NCBI GenBank assembly: GCA_051294375.1
Contig: CM119263.1
Span: 23,257,109 to 23,321,108 of the forward strand
DNA: 64,000 nt
Direction: 5' to 3'
Source of the DNA: Paraspadella gotoi
Lineage: Eukaryota; Animalia; Chaetognatha
This document shows, piece by piece, positions 1 through 14,904 of the stretch. The notes beneath the pieces are model-generated. The model had not been told where the DNA came from. It was given only the letters and a program-made list of their open reading frames with translations, and made no database searches. The number at the start of each line of letters is the position of its first letter. Positions within the stretch are counted from its first letter, which is position 1. The translations under genes were made by a program, and so were the position numbers.

Positions 1-271
1 CCAGTGACAAGAGGCGTCACTGAGGGTCGGAAGCCCCCACAGCCAACAGTGAGATGCCCCATCCCAATGGGCATCACAGGCATCCCGGCTGTTGTCATTG
101 TCTGATGTTGTTTCACAGCAGCTTTTCAGTGAATAACCTTTTTTGTAAGTCGACAACACTATTTTTCGGGTCTTTTGTCTCGCGCTTTATTTCTTCTCAA
201 AGAAAACGCTGTGGCAACAGTGAGATTGCCCATGATACATGGGTGGTGAGTTTGTGAGTTTTTTTACTCAC

Positions 272-2495
272 TTTTTGGCGAGTTCTTCGTCGTTGAAGAT
301 GTTCACGAATTCCTCCTCCCAAATGTCGATTCCCGTCGTTGAGGTATCGTCGGATTTCTTTTCGCTCAGCAGCGTGCATCTGGGTAATAAAGGTAAGTTC
401 AATATAGGATTTACACTGCGGGGCAAAAAAAAGAAGACACTTTTTCACATCGAAAAAACCGTATTGGATGGCTGAATTCTACTATGATATAAAAACATAA
501 AGCAAAGCTTATTGAAAGATAAAGAAATTGGTCCAAGTCCCAATAAAATCGAGCGAAGCGTTCAAAATCGATTAGTACAAGAATCGAAATAAAAAAGAAA
601 TTAGTTTATATTTTTTAATCAATAAGAGTTAATAATTTTTCCCTATTATAAAATGTTTATAATATAAAATTGGCTAAACAAATTCAGCATAGAATATCTG
701 TAGGGATAGGTGTTAACCATTTTTGACATAAATAAATTTAAAATAAGTAAAAAAACAATCATTTTTTCCTAATTCCGTTTTTAGACTGACTTTAAAATAT
801 TGCTGTATTCTACTTCCTGAACCAATTATTTTTTTTTGCACCAATCGATAGCTTTATAAAAAAACTATACTTTTTATAAATATTTTTTCAAAATTAAAAA
901 AGAAATAGTCGGGGTATTTAGAGCTAATAAGTGTCTCCTTTTTTTTGCGCGGCAGTGTAGTTAAGCGTGAAACTAATACAAATGGCCAAAAATTTTTTTT
1001 GTTACTATTTTTTTTACTTAAAATTCAGTTACTTAAATTCGTTAGATTTGTTAAACGTAATAACTAACTAACTCGATTAGTTATATTCAGAAAACAAATA
1101 CCTAATTTGCATAAAAATACTAGTAATTCCAATAATACTAGTATTTACTACGTAAAAGAACCCTTCTATTCGATTAAACCACTGGGCGGCCGCGTGAGGA
1201 ACGAATCGCCTATTGCTTATCGTGGGTTATTACCCAGATGGGCCGTTCTTAGCTCTTCCTTTCTTTGTAAATTGTCGATCAATAATACTGTTAAAATGAG
1301 TAATTTTCGCGTCGCTCAAATTGAGACAAAAGAAAAAAGTATTCACGTGATTGCGGTCGCTTTGGCCGATATGATTCGATCTCCGTCGTAGGTTATACCT
1401 CCAGTAAACGCAACTGGCGGAAAAAAAATACTGGTACATTATGGTTACCGCGTAATTATAAAATTACTTGTAAACATACGTAGTTTTTTGAAAGAGCACG
1501 TCCGCCAAATAGGCAATTTACCTACGATATCCTTGAAGGATTGATCACCATTGATAATATTTATGACGTCCGATTCGCTCATCGTGTCGAGGATCGAAAT
1601 TTGTGATCGCCACAAACTGGTCAATGCCTGAATCACATGGAAATTGTGACAGAAAGGAAATATTAATGTAATGGAAATAAAAATAAATGTTATAAAAAAT
1701 TAAATACGGTACTAAGTTTCGCAAATAAACCTTGCAATCTTGAAATTGGAAGTTTCGCTCGTATTGCTGAAGACGAGGTTGAAAGGAGATATTGCGAATT
1801 ATCTCCGTCATCGAGTAAATTATCTTCAGATTTTTCGGACTGAGTATATTTTCGCCATCTTCGACCTCCAAGATTACCTGTTGAATTCTTCCTTAAAAAA
1901 TTCAAATATGTTTAAACTATGTTTAATGTACATATATAAGAAAATCCCAATTACCTTATCTTCGACGGAAAGTGTTTGGTCACCCATTTTTCTTGCCAAA
2001 TAAAGTCGGAGTTTTTGGCCACCCAAAGCTTGGTCAGATCGTGCTCTTCTTTGAACTTAACCAATCCGATAACAAAGCTGCCGGCAATTATGACAGAGGC
2101 AATGATGACGAGTATTGAATGAGAACCTAAGGAGGAGTTTTTTTTTTTTAATTTTATTATAATATTCTTAAGCTCATCCGTGATCAATCAAAGCGAAAGA
2201 GAAACAAACCGATGAAAAATCCGATCTTGGTCCAAACTGATTCTAAAACTCTGTTGATCGCATCGCTTAGATTTTTGCAACCTGAAAAATGATTGCACTA
2301 ATGAAGCTTCAAATGGTTTTTGACCAGTTTCTGTTGATTTTAAATAAAGGCGTATGACTCACAAGATTTGTTTGAAACGACACTCCGGCCCTTCCGGCCA
2401 TTTTCGTTAGTTTTAGAGCAATTAGTTTTTTCGTCGGCATCTTCGTCGCCGTAATTCTCGAAGGCAGAGTTATTATGTCCATCGGCTTTGCGCAT
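272..2495 (-). CDS. Patched-domain-containing / NPC1-like membrane protein, N-terminal part; gene continues beyond the left window edge
   Basis: Hand-spliced GT-AG exons with consistent phases: 2495-2363 (MRKADG...SNKS), 2281-2210 (CCKNLSDAINRVLESVWTKIGFFI), 2126-1955 (GSHSILVIIASVIIAGSFVIGLVKFKEEHDLTKLWVAKNSDFIWQEKWVTKHFPSKIR), 1887-1731 (IQQVILEVEDGENILSPKNL...DCK), 1627-1522, 1413-1347 (GGITYDGDRIISAKA), 1287-1234, 379-272 (DIWEEEFVNIF). A TM helix followed by E..DL..LW...S....EK.W....FP, NIL, GG...I.SAKA and WE..F motifs matches the first lumenal loop of PTCHD/NPC1-family proteins (recognised by eye, no search run). The last two exons are less certain. Confidence 0.75.
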
Positions 2496-2929
2496 TTTCT
2501 GGGAAATCCTTCACAGAAATTGTTTCACCTTTTTAAGCTTTTTTTTTTTCAAACAAGCTTTGAACGGTTTCATGATAGACGAAAGGAAGAACCGGTCCTT
2601 TAGGATCGTCGCCTGATTTCGTGTTGAAATGAGCAGGCAAAGATTGGGCACGAATAGGGCTTGCGTACATGTCCATGAAGGAAGCGAGAAATATCTTTTC
2701 TTGTCTAGATACCTATTGAAGATCTTGTAATTAATGTGGTTCGCGTTGTGCTTCTTTCCGTGTACAATGTACACTGTATTTCGTTTTTTAATCGGCGAAA
2801 TTAACAATTGATGAAACAATAATGACAAAGGATAAAAAAAAATAATAAAATTAAAAATCTTAAAAAAGCCGGAGCAATCAAATTGATGTTGAGCCCGAAA
2901 ATCGATAAAGTTTTAGACTGAGAACGAGC

Positions 2930-2931
<2 letters not shown>

Positions 2932-3005
<74 letters not shown>
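2932..3005. repeat. (GA)n microsatellite, representative of dozens across the window
   Basis: Seen directly. Similar GA/CT tracts occur near 3870, 5985, 12600, 13700, 17750, 23010, 24940, 26670, 32000, 35280, 44145, 45690 and elsewhere. Confidence 0.95.
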
Positions 3006-3010
<5 letters not shown>

Positions 3011-3864
3011 TCTCTTTAACAAGTTGTATACTAAATTCGTCGCTTTAGTCGTTTTTTTTCTTAGTCGTGACCCCATGACCGATTAGTTTCTCCGTAGTAA
3101 AAATTCTAATTGCATGACTCAAATATTTTTTTTTTTTGACTTTTTCTTATTTTTCCGTGGAAATTAACCCCAATTTACGCAAATGGAGTGTTTCAGAACT
3201 CGAGGAGTATATTTTAACACTTTCTCTCTCTTCCTCTCTATCTCAGCAGTCAGCATCTTTAGCCGTTTTAAAATCTTTATTTGCTGGACAAACAAACTGT
3301 CTTCAATAAAGTAATTCCCAAAACTGACATCTGTTTCTAATCAATATGCTCTCTATGTCCCTTTCTTTTTTCAGATTATTTCTTTCATATTGAGTCCCAA
3401 CAACAACAACAACAACGACTCCGCTACCTCCACCGCCATCTCCTTCATTTAATCCCAAACGCATCAAGTGTCAGAATCTTTGGTGAAAATCTCGTGAGTT
3501 GTGCGTAAGTTGGGGCAGGCGGCGCTGGCGTCGGCTTCGAAAAAAAAAAAGGGAATCGGTTTCTGACGGGAGAGATCAGGGAAGGATTGGTTTGACGAAC
3601 TCGGGGAGCAAAGGGTTCGAGTGTTTGAGGGAATCTGGTGGAGAGGCAATTTTCTTATTACAAAATAGAGATAAGATACTGAGATACTAAGATTTTAGGA
3701 TATTGAGATATTGAGACACTCAGATTTTGAGATATTGAGATACTAAAAAGTCGAAAAGCTTTGAATAAATATTTGGCCTCAGCCAATTCGCGATACCGAC
3801 GAGTAGTAGAAACTGTTTACTCGTGAGGGTGCTCGATAAAGAAAATGTCGTAAAACTTCATAGG

Positions 3865-3917
<53 letters not shown>

Positions 3918-4061
3918 TCGCCCTCCTGTCCGTCGTCGTCCGCCGAAAAAGGACTCTTTATCCTTTTCATCAAGTTTCTGTCATCTTTTTTTGATCCCAA
4001 ATGAGAAATTTCGTCGTCATCGTCGTCATTGTGGGATCCCCATAAAAATGGAGGATCAAAG

Positions 4062-4780
4062 ATGGCGGCGCACATCGGGGTCAGAAAGAGGGTCACACTG
4101 CGCGAGAGGAATACAACCATGGCCGGTATATTGACACTCGACAATGGGAAAAGTCGATGCGACGTTTTGAAAATACTACGAGAATTCATATTTAATGTCA
4201 GATTATTCATATCTGTATTATGCAGCTGTTTGAAACATCTTATACTGAACAGTGAACACAAAGCAATTGCTAACTGCATCAGACAACGTCCATGCTTACT
4301 ACTAAGTCTAAAAGAGTTTAAATGGATGTTGTACATTTTTTTGTATCCTGAATTGAATGAATTCAAAATATTTTAAAAGATAATTACTTGATAGCCTCGC
4401 CAAACAAAACTCTTAAATCGCTTAGGCCAATTTTTGTTTCACAAAACCCATCGATTCGGGGCGTGAGACGTCCGCAGCGACCGCCGAGACGCCTCCGTGG
4501 ATTCCGGCGCCCTCGTCCGCGCGTCCAACGCGCCGCAAATGTAAGAAAACAAAAGAGCGACGCCGTCGTCGCTGTCATCGTCGTCGTCGGCGTCCATGGA
4601 AAAAAACGGCGTCAATGGAAGTCGGCAGGAAGAGACGCCGGTCACCAGATTGTGAGGAGGAGGAGGAAGAGGAAGAGGAGGAGGAGGGAAAGAAGGAGCA
4701 GACGGAGGAGGATGAGCGAGAGGATGAGCAAGGGGGAGGAGGAAGAGGTCGAGGAGGAGTCGGCGAGGCCAGGAGGATGA
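4062..4780 (+). CDS. Possible two-exon arginine-rich ORF (tentative)
   Basis: ATG in an AAGATGGCGGC context at 4062, donor G|gtatat after 4125, phase-matched acceptor tag| at 4395 and an open frame to the stop at 4780. Low complexity and no recognisable domain; may be non-coding. Confidence 0.15.
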
Positions 4781-5845
4781 AAGCGAGAGGAGAGAAAGCG
4801 AAGGGAAGAGTCGTAAAAGAAATCAACGCATTCGCGACGAAAAAAGACAAAAAGGGGTCACGAGGTCACAAAACAAAAAAGGAGTAAAAACCGTCGACGA
4901 CGACGACGACGATACAGACGAAGATGACAAAACACACCCGGCTTTCGGAATCCCCCCCCCATCTTTTCCCCCCTTTTCTCTCCATTGTCTAGCCTTCAAC
5001 CTCAATCCGCAGAAACAAAAGACGCCGGTGACGCCGACGACGCCGGCGCCAACGAAGACGACGCCGCTCGTCGAGCCGGGACCGGTAGGCGGTGCGACGA
5101 GACGCGAATTAAGCGCCGAGATCCGGCGAAAAGATGATACACGCTTTTGGACACTTGGAAAATTGGATGCCCTCGGGATCAGCGTGGAGGAAAGACGTTG
5201 GGGGGGGGCGGAGAAGGGGGAGAGAGATGTGGTTGACGACGGGATGTTGGATTATGAATTGTGGGCATTAGAGTCTGGTTGATCGGGTGGGAAAAGTGAG
5301 TCGTGAGTTGGTGAGAAAAGGGCTGACATTTTGATTAACAATAGCAAAAACAAAACGAAACTAATAAAAAGTTCGATTGACAGGAACAAAAACAAAAGCA
5401 ACAACAACAACGACAATGACGATGACGACGATTTATTTGCGATCGTCGAATCTTCGGGAGTAAAACTCATCGAGAGAAAAAGATTCGGCGCAATCGTCAT
5501 TTTCGAATCGGAGAGAGGAAAGAGTTAGGGTGGAGAAAAAGGGAGGAAGTTGAGGAAGAAAAAAACGGGAAAATGGAAATCAAAACAAACAAAGGAATCG
5601 GGGAAAACGGAAACTCAGAAAATTAAATCATTAGAAAATGTCGAAGAAAAATATATCAGACGGAAAAATATTTTAAAATATTATTAGAGGAATGAGTAAT
5701 TTTTATATTTATGGTATCTATTTCATAAGGAAATGATGAAGATAAGATAAAAAATGATAATTAAAATAGATTATTTTAAAAAAGACCCAAAAAATATCTC
5801 CCTTTTTCTTACCTTCCTTAACCACACCTATTCCTCGTACTCACA

Positions 5846-5890
<45 letters not shown>

Positions 5891-5978
5891 CGTTTAGCGT
5901 CGGATTCCATACGACACTCGTTTTACGAGGAAGAGGATTTCGCAAAGTGTGAAAAATGTGGAGGATATGATGGGAAAA

Positions 5979-6114
<136 letters not shown>

Positions 6115-9100
6115 TGAAAGTCGGGTTGCGTGGGCATCAAACGTTGGAAGATGAGGAGATGAAGGAATGACGTTTCGTATGAAGGCGGCTTCGACGATGG
6201 GAGTGGATGAAGGCGGTCGCCAGGCGACGCCGCGCAACGCCGCAGGCCGCCGCCGCAGGCCGCCGCCGCCTCTCCCCGCTTGCCGGATTGCGAACCCATT
6301 GATCTCCTCACCTCGAGGAAAGGATTCTCCAAAAGATTCTCCTTCCTCCTCTTTATTTTTTCTCCTTTTTTTCTCCCTTTTTTTATTTCTTTCCTTTTTT
6401 TCTATTTTTCTTTCCGCCAAAAAGTGAAAATGGGATTTTTTTTTGTTCAAAGTCGATCGAAATTGTGAACCTAATGTGAACCCAGTCGAAGGGGCTATTT
6501 GAAGGTTAGATTTGGTTTCGTGAAGATTTCATTTGTCACAACCGTAAAAGGCCTTGGGGCTCACGTGAAACTCACCGAAAATCACTGCCATCCAACTATG
6601 TTCCTTCTACCAATCCAGTGATTCCTTTCCGCCAATGCCCTCTCGATACAACGCAATCTCTTCGCCCAAGTCGTCGGCCATCTCCACCATCATCTCCTCC
6701 CCCATCTAATCAACCCACTCAATCGCCTCCATTCTCAGCTTCGCCCCCCCCCTTTTAAAACCCACGCGATCCACTTTCCCTCCACCACCCCCCCTCCCCT
6801 CCCCCTCGCCTCCCCTCGCTACCGACGTCATGAGGCCTCAACCATTGATCCTGACCCCAAGAATGGAGCCATTGTATGAGCAAATCTTAGAAACGCGCCA
6901 AGACGGGAAAAGATGGGCCACATTCATAAATCTAATATCTGAAACCACAGAGAAGATGAAGGAGGAGGAGGAGGGGGAAGGAGGAAGAGGAGGGGGAGGA
7001 AAGTAGGAAGGGCAGTCAAGTGGAGGAATCTCAGGCAGGAATTCATCATTACAAAGTGAGACAAGCAATAAGTAGAAAGGGAATTTTGACTAGCAGTCAT
7101 CAAGACGACCACAAAGACCAAAATGAAGTCTTAAAAGTAACGCGAAGTTGTTATCCGGAAAGTTAAATTCAGAAGATTTGGTCGGAATTTTGTTTGAAGT
7201 TACAATTCCAATCGGAGATAATCGTATAATTTTAATAAATAATGAGTGAAAATTTTGTAAGCTTCTACTGAGAAGTTTAAGAATACTATCATAATATTCC
7301 TATTTGAAAAAAGAAAACGACAACAATAAGGAAATACAACAAAACAAAGAACGAAAACACAAACTATAAAAATTTTGGGAATCTTCGAAAGAACGACGAC
7401 GACGCGACGACGACGCGACGACGACGACGAAGATGACGACGACGACGAAATAACAGAAAAGAAAACCGGAAAAACAAATTAAAAAATTCTAATTTGCATG
7501 AAAAGCGATTAGAGAGAAAAAAAAGGAAAAAAAGGAGACAAAAAGGAACAAAAAAAAAAAGAAAGAGAGAAAAAAGGCAAGGGTTCGCCCGAGAGTCGAG
7601 GAAGAATTCAATGTCGCGTTTAGGAAAACATAACACGATTTCCTTCGAGCGAGAGGCCAAACCAATTTTTCACATTTTCTTTTTTTTTTTTTTTTACTTT
7701 TTTCTTTTTCTTTCTTTCTTTTACTTTTAAACTTTCTCCTCTTTATTCATTCATGTATTTATTTATCTATTCTATTAATTTCCTGTTATATTTCTCTTGT
7801 TTATTTTATTCCAAATGTTTAAAATGACTGACGTAAATCAGTCCGTAATCAAACTTTAGCTAAAATTAAAAGCCTAGTCGGTTTCTCAGTTCTACAAAAA
7901 TATATCTTTTCCTATTCTTTCTTTTTCTTTTTCTTTTTTTTCTTTTCTTTTATTTTTTTTTTATTTTTATTTTTTTTGAGCGATTAAAGCAACGTCGCTT
8001 CCTAGCAGCTTTCTCATTATTATACTCTTTCTTTTATTTATTTTTTATGTCGCTTCTTTCATTCTTTCTCATCCCTTCTTTCTCTCTCTCGCACACGCGT
8101 CCCAGCTTTTTTCTTTTTCCTTCTTTTTAAGTTTCGCGACTAAGTATTCGATAATGGCGCTAATGGGAAACGGCATCAAACTGTTTCTTCATGCATATCT
8201 CTCTTTTTTTTTCTAAAGCCGTAGACCTCATCGTCGCCCGAGTGCGGCGTGGGGGTGGTGGTAGGGGATGCGGAAAAGTTGTAAGGGTGCTTGGTGTGTT
8301 GGGGAAAGGAAAAAGTAGAGGGTGGCAATCAGAGAGTCGGAAAAAGAGAAGATCCTAAACGAAAGAAAGGGCTTCAAAATTTGTTGGGGGTTGAAGAGAG
8401 ATAATTGGTAGGATAATTGGCCGTTAATTGAAGTAGGGGGAACGTGGAATAAATGCTGTAAAATTAAGGGAGAAAAACTAGAGGGAGATTGTTGAGAAAA
8501 CAAGGAAGGGGTGATCGAAGTAAACCCCAAATTAGAATTTACTTTGCATATTTAATTGGCCACTTGGAATGAGAACGAGTCAAGGACCAGGCTTACTCGG
8601 CTACTCATTTGCAATATCTTATTAGTTTTTTATTAATTGGTAATAACTGACGTTCATCGCTTTTAGTTGAACGTATTTCTTAAAGAGTATTTAAATATAT
8701 TTCTTTTACTTAAACCCATAAAAAGCTCAGATTCAAAGTTAAATAGCGAGGGAGTGTTTCGAAAACAACTCCTAAGCTTCGCGACCCGTTTCAAGTTTTC
8801 GGTGTAACAAGCGTTTTTTCCGGGCCACAGAGAGACTCGCTTTTCTTCGGGTGAAATTTAGTAAGATTTCTAGGCGACCCCCGCCCCGCACGCCGCCTTC
8901 ACCGCCGTCTTACCCGCAGTGCAGCCGATCCTTTTTTCTCACAAAGTGAATGCGAGACTGAGGGCAGAAAGGAAAAAAAAAAATTCGTTAAAGTAGGAGA
9001 AATATAGAGAGAACGAAATAAATATAATAAATATTAATAAGTAATTTTTTTATTTCTCTCTTCTCCGCGCGCCGGCGAGTGAAGTTTGCGCAGTCGAAAA

Positions 9101-9595
9101 ATTCGTGTGTTAAATCCGCCGGGAAAAACCGGAAAACGGCGAACAGTTTGCCGGAAAGCCGAACTCCCGTCGGCCGGAAAGCCGACCAGATAAAAGGAGT
9201 CAAAAAAAGTTCAAACCTGGAAAATTGGGAGAGAATTTGACGCCATCATCGAAAGAAGTGAACTTTGAAATGTGGGTGAGGATTGAAGAATGATGGGGGA
9301 GTGGAGGAAAGGGAGGGGTGGGTGGGATGGGTTGACGGAGGAGGAGGGAAGATGAAGAGAAAGGAGGAGGAAAAAAAGGAGAAAGGGAGGAAGGAGAGGA
9401 AGAGGAGAAATGATGGAGCCGATGTCGAGAAGGTTCCCCGCGGATTTTTTTCAAAGAGAAAATTGGGAAGAGAATATGGAAGACTATTAAAAAGCGTTTA
9501 ACGAGTGAACGAGGGACAGAGAGAGAGAGAAAGAGAGAGAGGAGAGAGAAGAGAGAGAGAGAGAGAGATGAGAGAGAGGAGAGAGAAGATAGAGA

Positions 9596-9626
<31 letters not shown>

Positions 9627-10344
9627 AGAGAGAAGAGGATTCTACCGGTGAAGAAAAGACGGGCCACGTCTTTCGTTGTTGACGCGTCTATCTGACGACC
9701 CTGACGAGACATTTCCTTTTCACTCGTGACCTTTCACGTGAACTCCTCGCGTCATCTCACCTTTTTCGTGAATAGGAGGATTTTGGGCAATACCATCCAC
9801 GCCCCATGTCTCGACTCTCGACACGTTTCGACTTCCGAGTTAAACAACGCTGATTTCTTTATTCTACTTATTTTCCTCCTTTGTCCTTACCTTTCTGGCA
9901 GATCCTCCCACTGGCCTCTCTCACATTCCACGTCAATTTTCCTGCCAATCCCTCCGCCATTCTTACCCTTAATCCCCTGTCCCTCCTCAAATTTCCCTCC
10001 CCTCTCTCTCTCGCCCCTCAGTCTCCTTCTGCCCCAAAAGCCCACCCCGGCACCCAACCCCACCACCCCACACCTCCCTCATCCCGCCGAAGGATCGCGG
10101 AAGGGAGATCCTCCACTAATCCCTCGTACACAACTTCGCCTCTTAAGACTCGAACGGCAGTCTCCATCCAGCGGAAGTGGACGAGCAAGAGGAGGAGGAG
10201 GAGGAGGAGGAGGAAGAGGAGGAAGACGAACCCGAGGAAAGGAGTCGAAGTGGGAGGAATCCTCTTTTTAGAACGAGAATCTCAGAGAGAAAAAAGTTCT
10301 TTTTTTTAACGAACGCTTTTAAGATAGCACTGGGAATTTCTCTC

Positions 10345-10399
<55 letters not shown>

Positions 10400-12593
10400 C
10401 TCTCTCTCTCCTCTCTCCTCTCTCTCTCTCTCTTCCCTCAAGCGGATCTCTGTAACTTAAGTAACTGCTCTTTTATTTCTTCTGAGTGAGATAAGAGAGA
10501 GTCCGGCGACCCCTAGTTTTGAAGGAGGTTTCGGCTTTGAATCCAACGAGAAAGAAGTCGGAGTTTGTTGTCGTTGTTGTCGTTGTCTTTTCTTGACCCT
10601 TTTGCGGGGTTTTTATCTTTTCGTAGTTCGTACTCAACAATTGACAAGCCTCTTTTGGAATTCAATTTACTCTTTCAATTTTGCTCTCGCATGCACGTTT
10701 CCCTTCAGTTGTTCGTGGAGTAATGATTATTTTTACTAATCGACGTCGTAATCGTCATCATCGTCGACGTCGTCGTCATCGTCACGATGCAAAAAAAAGA
10801 AAGAAATAATATTTTCAGGATATGTAAAATGTCTTTTTCTTCTCTCGTTTCTCTCCCCCCCCCCTCCCCCGATTCGACTTTTATGAATTGAAGACGAGAT
10901 TCAATACGTGGATCGAATAAACGGACGAGATGGAAAACTCCATCGTAAAAAAGCCTTTCAAACAAAATTCATCTTTTTCTGTCGTCGTCTTCTTCGTCGT
11001 CGTCGTCGTCGTCGTCGTCACAATCGTCGGCGACTTCGAGTCAAAAAAAAAAAGTCGTCGCCAATCTGATAATCATCGTCGACATCAAAAGAAGCGCATC
11101 ACCCATCGAGCGTCTGCGCTTGCGCCATCGCGACATCTGTGCAAACGCGCCTATTCATGAATTCTTTTTTTTTTTTTTGTATTCATATTTCAAAACATAT
11201 AAACTTTTTCGGGTCTCCTTTTAAAAATGGCGTGGAGCGAGAAGTATCGGGAATAGGTTCAATAAGGTTCGCGAGGTTGATCGGTCGGTCGGTCCGTCTG
11301 TCGGTCGGTTGGTCGGTCGGTTGGTCGGTCTGTCGGTAACTTTCGTTTCGGTGACTGAGACTCCTGGTAACAAAAGAAGAGATATAACGAAAATTGAGGT
11401 TTTTACGAATTATCATCTTTTACTCTTTTATATCCGGATCCAGTTTATTATTCACTATTGAAAGGAACCATGGATATTGGATAATTTCTCTCTCTCTCTC
11501 TCTCTCTCTCCGTCTCTGCTCTCCTCTTTCTCTTCTCTCTCTCGCTTAATCCACCTCCTCGATAATAAATATGAAGTCCCGATGATGAAAACGACGACGA
11601 CAAGGACGACGACGAAGATTACCATGACGACGTTGACTCATATATCCACAGCAACGACGACGACGACGACGACAACGACGATGTCGACGAGGATGACCGC
11701 TGCAACTCTCGACCAACGGATTAGGGGAGCGGATTGCAAGCAGGCGTCAACCAAGCAGACGCTCGTCATTGTGACGGGAAAACAAGCAGAAGAGAAATCA
11801 GGGATGACGACAGGATTTGTGGGAGACGCCTCGCATCCGCGTTTATAATATCCGATCTCGCAATAAGGAATCTCGTAATAACGGATCTCGCAAAGTCCGG
11901 TCGGAACTGCAGAGGGCTAGTCCGAGGCTTAGGAGATACGGCGTTATTGCGAATGAAACATTAAAGAAGCGCCCACCCAATAAATCCGGAATCTATATTT
12001 GATTTTTAATTTTTCAAAGCGATAACCCATATCACTCTCGAAATCGAAGCATGTTTGAAATCGGGAGTAGATTCGAGCGTTCTTTGTTAAAATCTTCTGG
12101 CAGATTTCCATGCTTATAATTTTCGAAACTATAAATTATGTACATGTATTTAATTTGGGGATTAGGAGATTGCGGGTAAAACGCTATATTTTTAAATCTT
12201 TCAGTTTCTTTTAATAAAGTAAACTTTTTACTTGCTCTCAATGGCATTTAATTCATTGAAAGAAATTACGAATAAAGAAAAAATAAAGAAATAAATAATG
12301 AAAAGAAAGAAGGAAAAAAGAAAAAAAAAAGAAAGCAGGGAAAGAGATGGATTGTGAAGAATCATTGAGGAAGCGAAGGAACAAAGGAGCCACCAACGAC
12401 AACGACGACGACGACGCCCTTTTATCATTTAGCCTTTTGTTTTGATGAGGTCAGAGGTCAATCCTCTCTCAGACTCGGCGCGAATGTCGCTTCTTCCCAC
12501 GTTTCTACTTCGGCCGCCAGGGTCGCGCAGCCGGATCCATTACGCGAGTACCAACAGTTGATAATGGATGGAGTCGCCGAGGGAAGGGAAGAG

Positions 12594-12722
<129 letters not shown>

Positions 12723-13695
12723 TATTATATGCAATATTTCAGTAATAGATTACATGGTTAAAAAACTTGCAATTAATAGCATCTAATGAGATGGGATAAA
12801 TTTGAAACTAAAGAATCATGCGGGACGAAACGTTTGAACCCAGGCGAAGAAAAAATTAATTAAGAATAGAACCTTTCTATTCCAAGCTAAATCGAATCCC
12901 CTGCCGTCGTCGTCATCGTCGTCATCGTCGTCGTCGTCGTCGTCAACCTCATCATCGTCCATTCTAAAAATAAAGACACGCTTCTGGAAGGAATCTAATG
13001 TTGCCACGCGCCGAAATCCACTTCCGGGCGAAAAGAGAAAAAAAAAACTAATTATTTCCAAAAGACAAAATTAACAATCAGGATGAAGCAACGAATGTAT
13101 TAATTATTAAATTATTTAAATAGATTAGCGACCTACTTTTTTAAACGGAATTTTTTTTCTCAATCCTATTTTTTTACTTCGCTCTCTTTACGATTCTCGT
13201 CTCCAAACGTCGAAGGATCGCAATAAAGAAAAAAGGCGCGAAATCGTTTTTTTTCCCCTCCGACTCGTTTTCATCGAAAGAGTCTCTCTTCCCTCCTTCG
13301 GCCCCTCCTTCCCCTCATCCGAGTATCCTACGACATTCGGTCCACCCTGTGGGAGCTAAAAGTGTTCACTATCACGATTCGGTCCATTGCTTTCCATACG
13401 TACTCGTCCGTTGGCACGTTTACGAAAACTACTAATTACTCTCCTTGACAAATCAATACTCTCTCACTCAACGTTGCTTTTCCCCACCATCTTACAAGCT
13501 CCAACCCGAATGAGCAGAATCTCTCTTAACGAAGATTAACCCCTTCCGTCGCCCCCCTTCCCCCTCCCCCTCCCCGCCAACCCCCAGCCCACCCGCCGGG
13601 GGTCGACCCTCGCTTTAGCAGAATATAAAACTGAGCGGCGACCAATAAAATCCTCGTTCCTCTGCTTCGAGGAAAACATCAAAACAACAAAGGGA

Positions 13696-13798
<103 letters not shown>

Positions 13799-14011
13799 TC
13801 CCCTCTCGGCGACGCTTTTAGTGCCGAAAAAATAAAAGGCGCCGGGATTTTCCCGGCCGGGACGGCGTTCTTTTTTTTCGCGCCGGCGCCCCCGCGACGA
13901 TTAACCTCGACGTTCGTTCGCCGACTAAAAAGAGAAAGAAAAAAAAATCGGCGCCATTTCGACGCCGGAAGTTCAAGAGGCGGCATCGACCGGAAACGAG
14001 GGGGGCCGAAG

Positions 14012-14904
14012 GTGAAGCAGTTCCGGACAAAGGGGGAAGGGAGAGAGGTCGACGTGGACCGAGAAGGAGACGACGATAACGACGACAATAACGACGACCA
14101 TAGCGACGACGACGATCGCCGAGGAATCTTCGATCCCGACAACGCAAAATGGCAGCGTCAGCTACAGCTGCTTCCGACAGACTCGCCATCCCCGGCGGCA
14201 GCGGCGGCGGTAGCGTCGGTGGCGTCCACAGAATGGAATGTCTTGAGAGCGTCGACGGTAGGTCACGGGGAGTGGAAGGTAGAGTGCTTCATTTAAATCC
14301 AATTATTTGAGAACTGTTGGCGTTAGAATTGCATAGCATAGCGAGAGGGATATGAAAAAACATAGTAGTAAACCTCTGTAATGTTGGATTGTTAAAAAAT
14401 ATATTCGGGTCAATATACGTAATTATAAAATACGCAGAAGGAGATGAATCCTCGGCCGAGTCGGTCATCGAACCCGAGACGCCCGTCAGCGGGAACGCCC
14501 TCGTCAATCGGTCTTCCTTGGAGACGCCCGTCGAAAATCCTCAATCGGTCAAGGATCCTCGAAGGAAGACGCCGCCGACGATTGTCGTCAGCGGAGAATT
14601 AAAAGATCACGTGATGAAAGATACTAAACTCACAAATGGCGGCGTAAAGGACGCTGATGGGAGCAGGAGCGGCAGAGGCGGCAGCAGCGGCGGACGCGGC
14701 GGAAAAGTCGCCAACTCCTGGCACGAACGCAACGTCAGAAGATACGCCCACGACCCTGCCGTCATATTTTTATTAATATTCGCATGTTTAAGTGAGTATG
14801 AATATTTGAATGAACGAAGAATAGGGAAAGCCCTTCCATTGGTTATAGTCGAATCAAAAGTCACAGTTCAATTTATAAAAAGAGCGAAAGATAAACAATG
14901 GTAA
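14012..14904 (+). other. GC-rich, exon-like open frames of unresolved structure
   Basis: ORFs 14012-14296 and 14389-14904 have coding-like composition and candidate splice sites (cag| near 14437, gtaggt near 14258), but I could not build a consistent gene model or recognise a domain. Confidence 0.2.

Noticed and set aside
1-245. Further patched-like exon or structured RNA (repeat caacagtgagat at about 44 and 215; small gatgccc/gggcatc stem)
   Set aside because: No phase-compatible exon found and the repeats are too short to support a call.
6830-7006. Short plus-strand ORF MRPQPLILTPRMEPLYEQILETRQDG...
   Set aside because: No splice partners or recognisable homology, and it ends in a GGA repeat.
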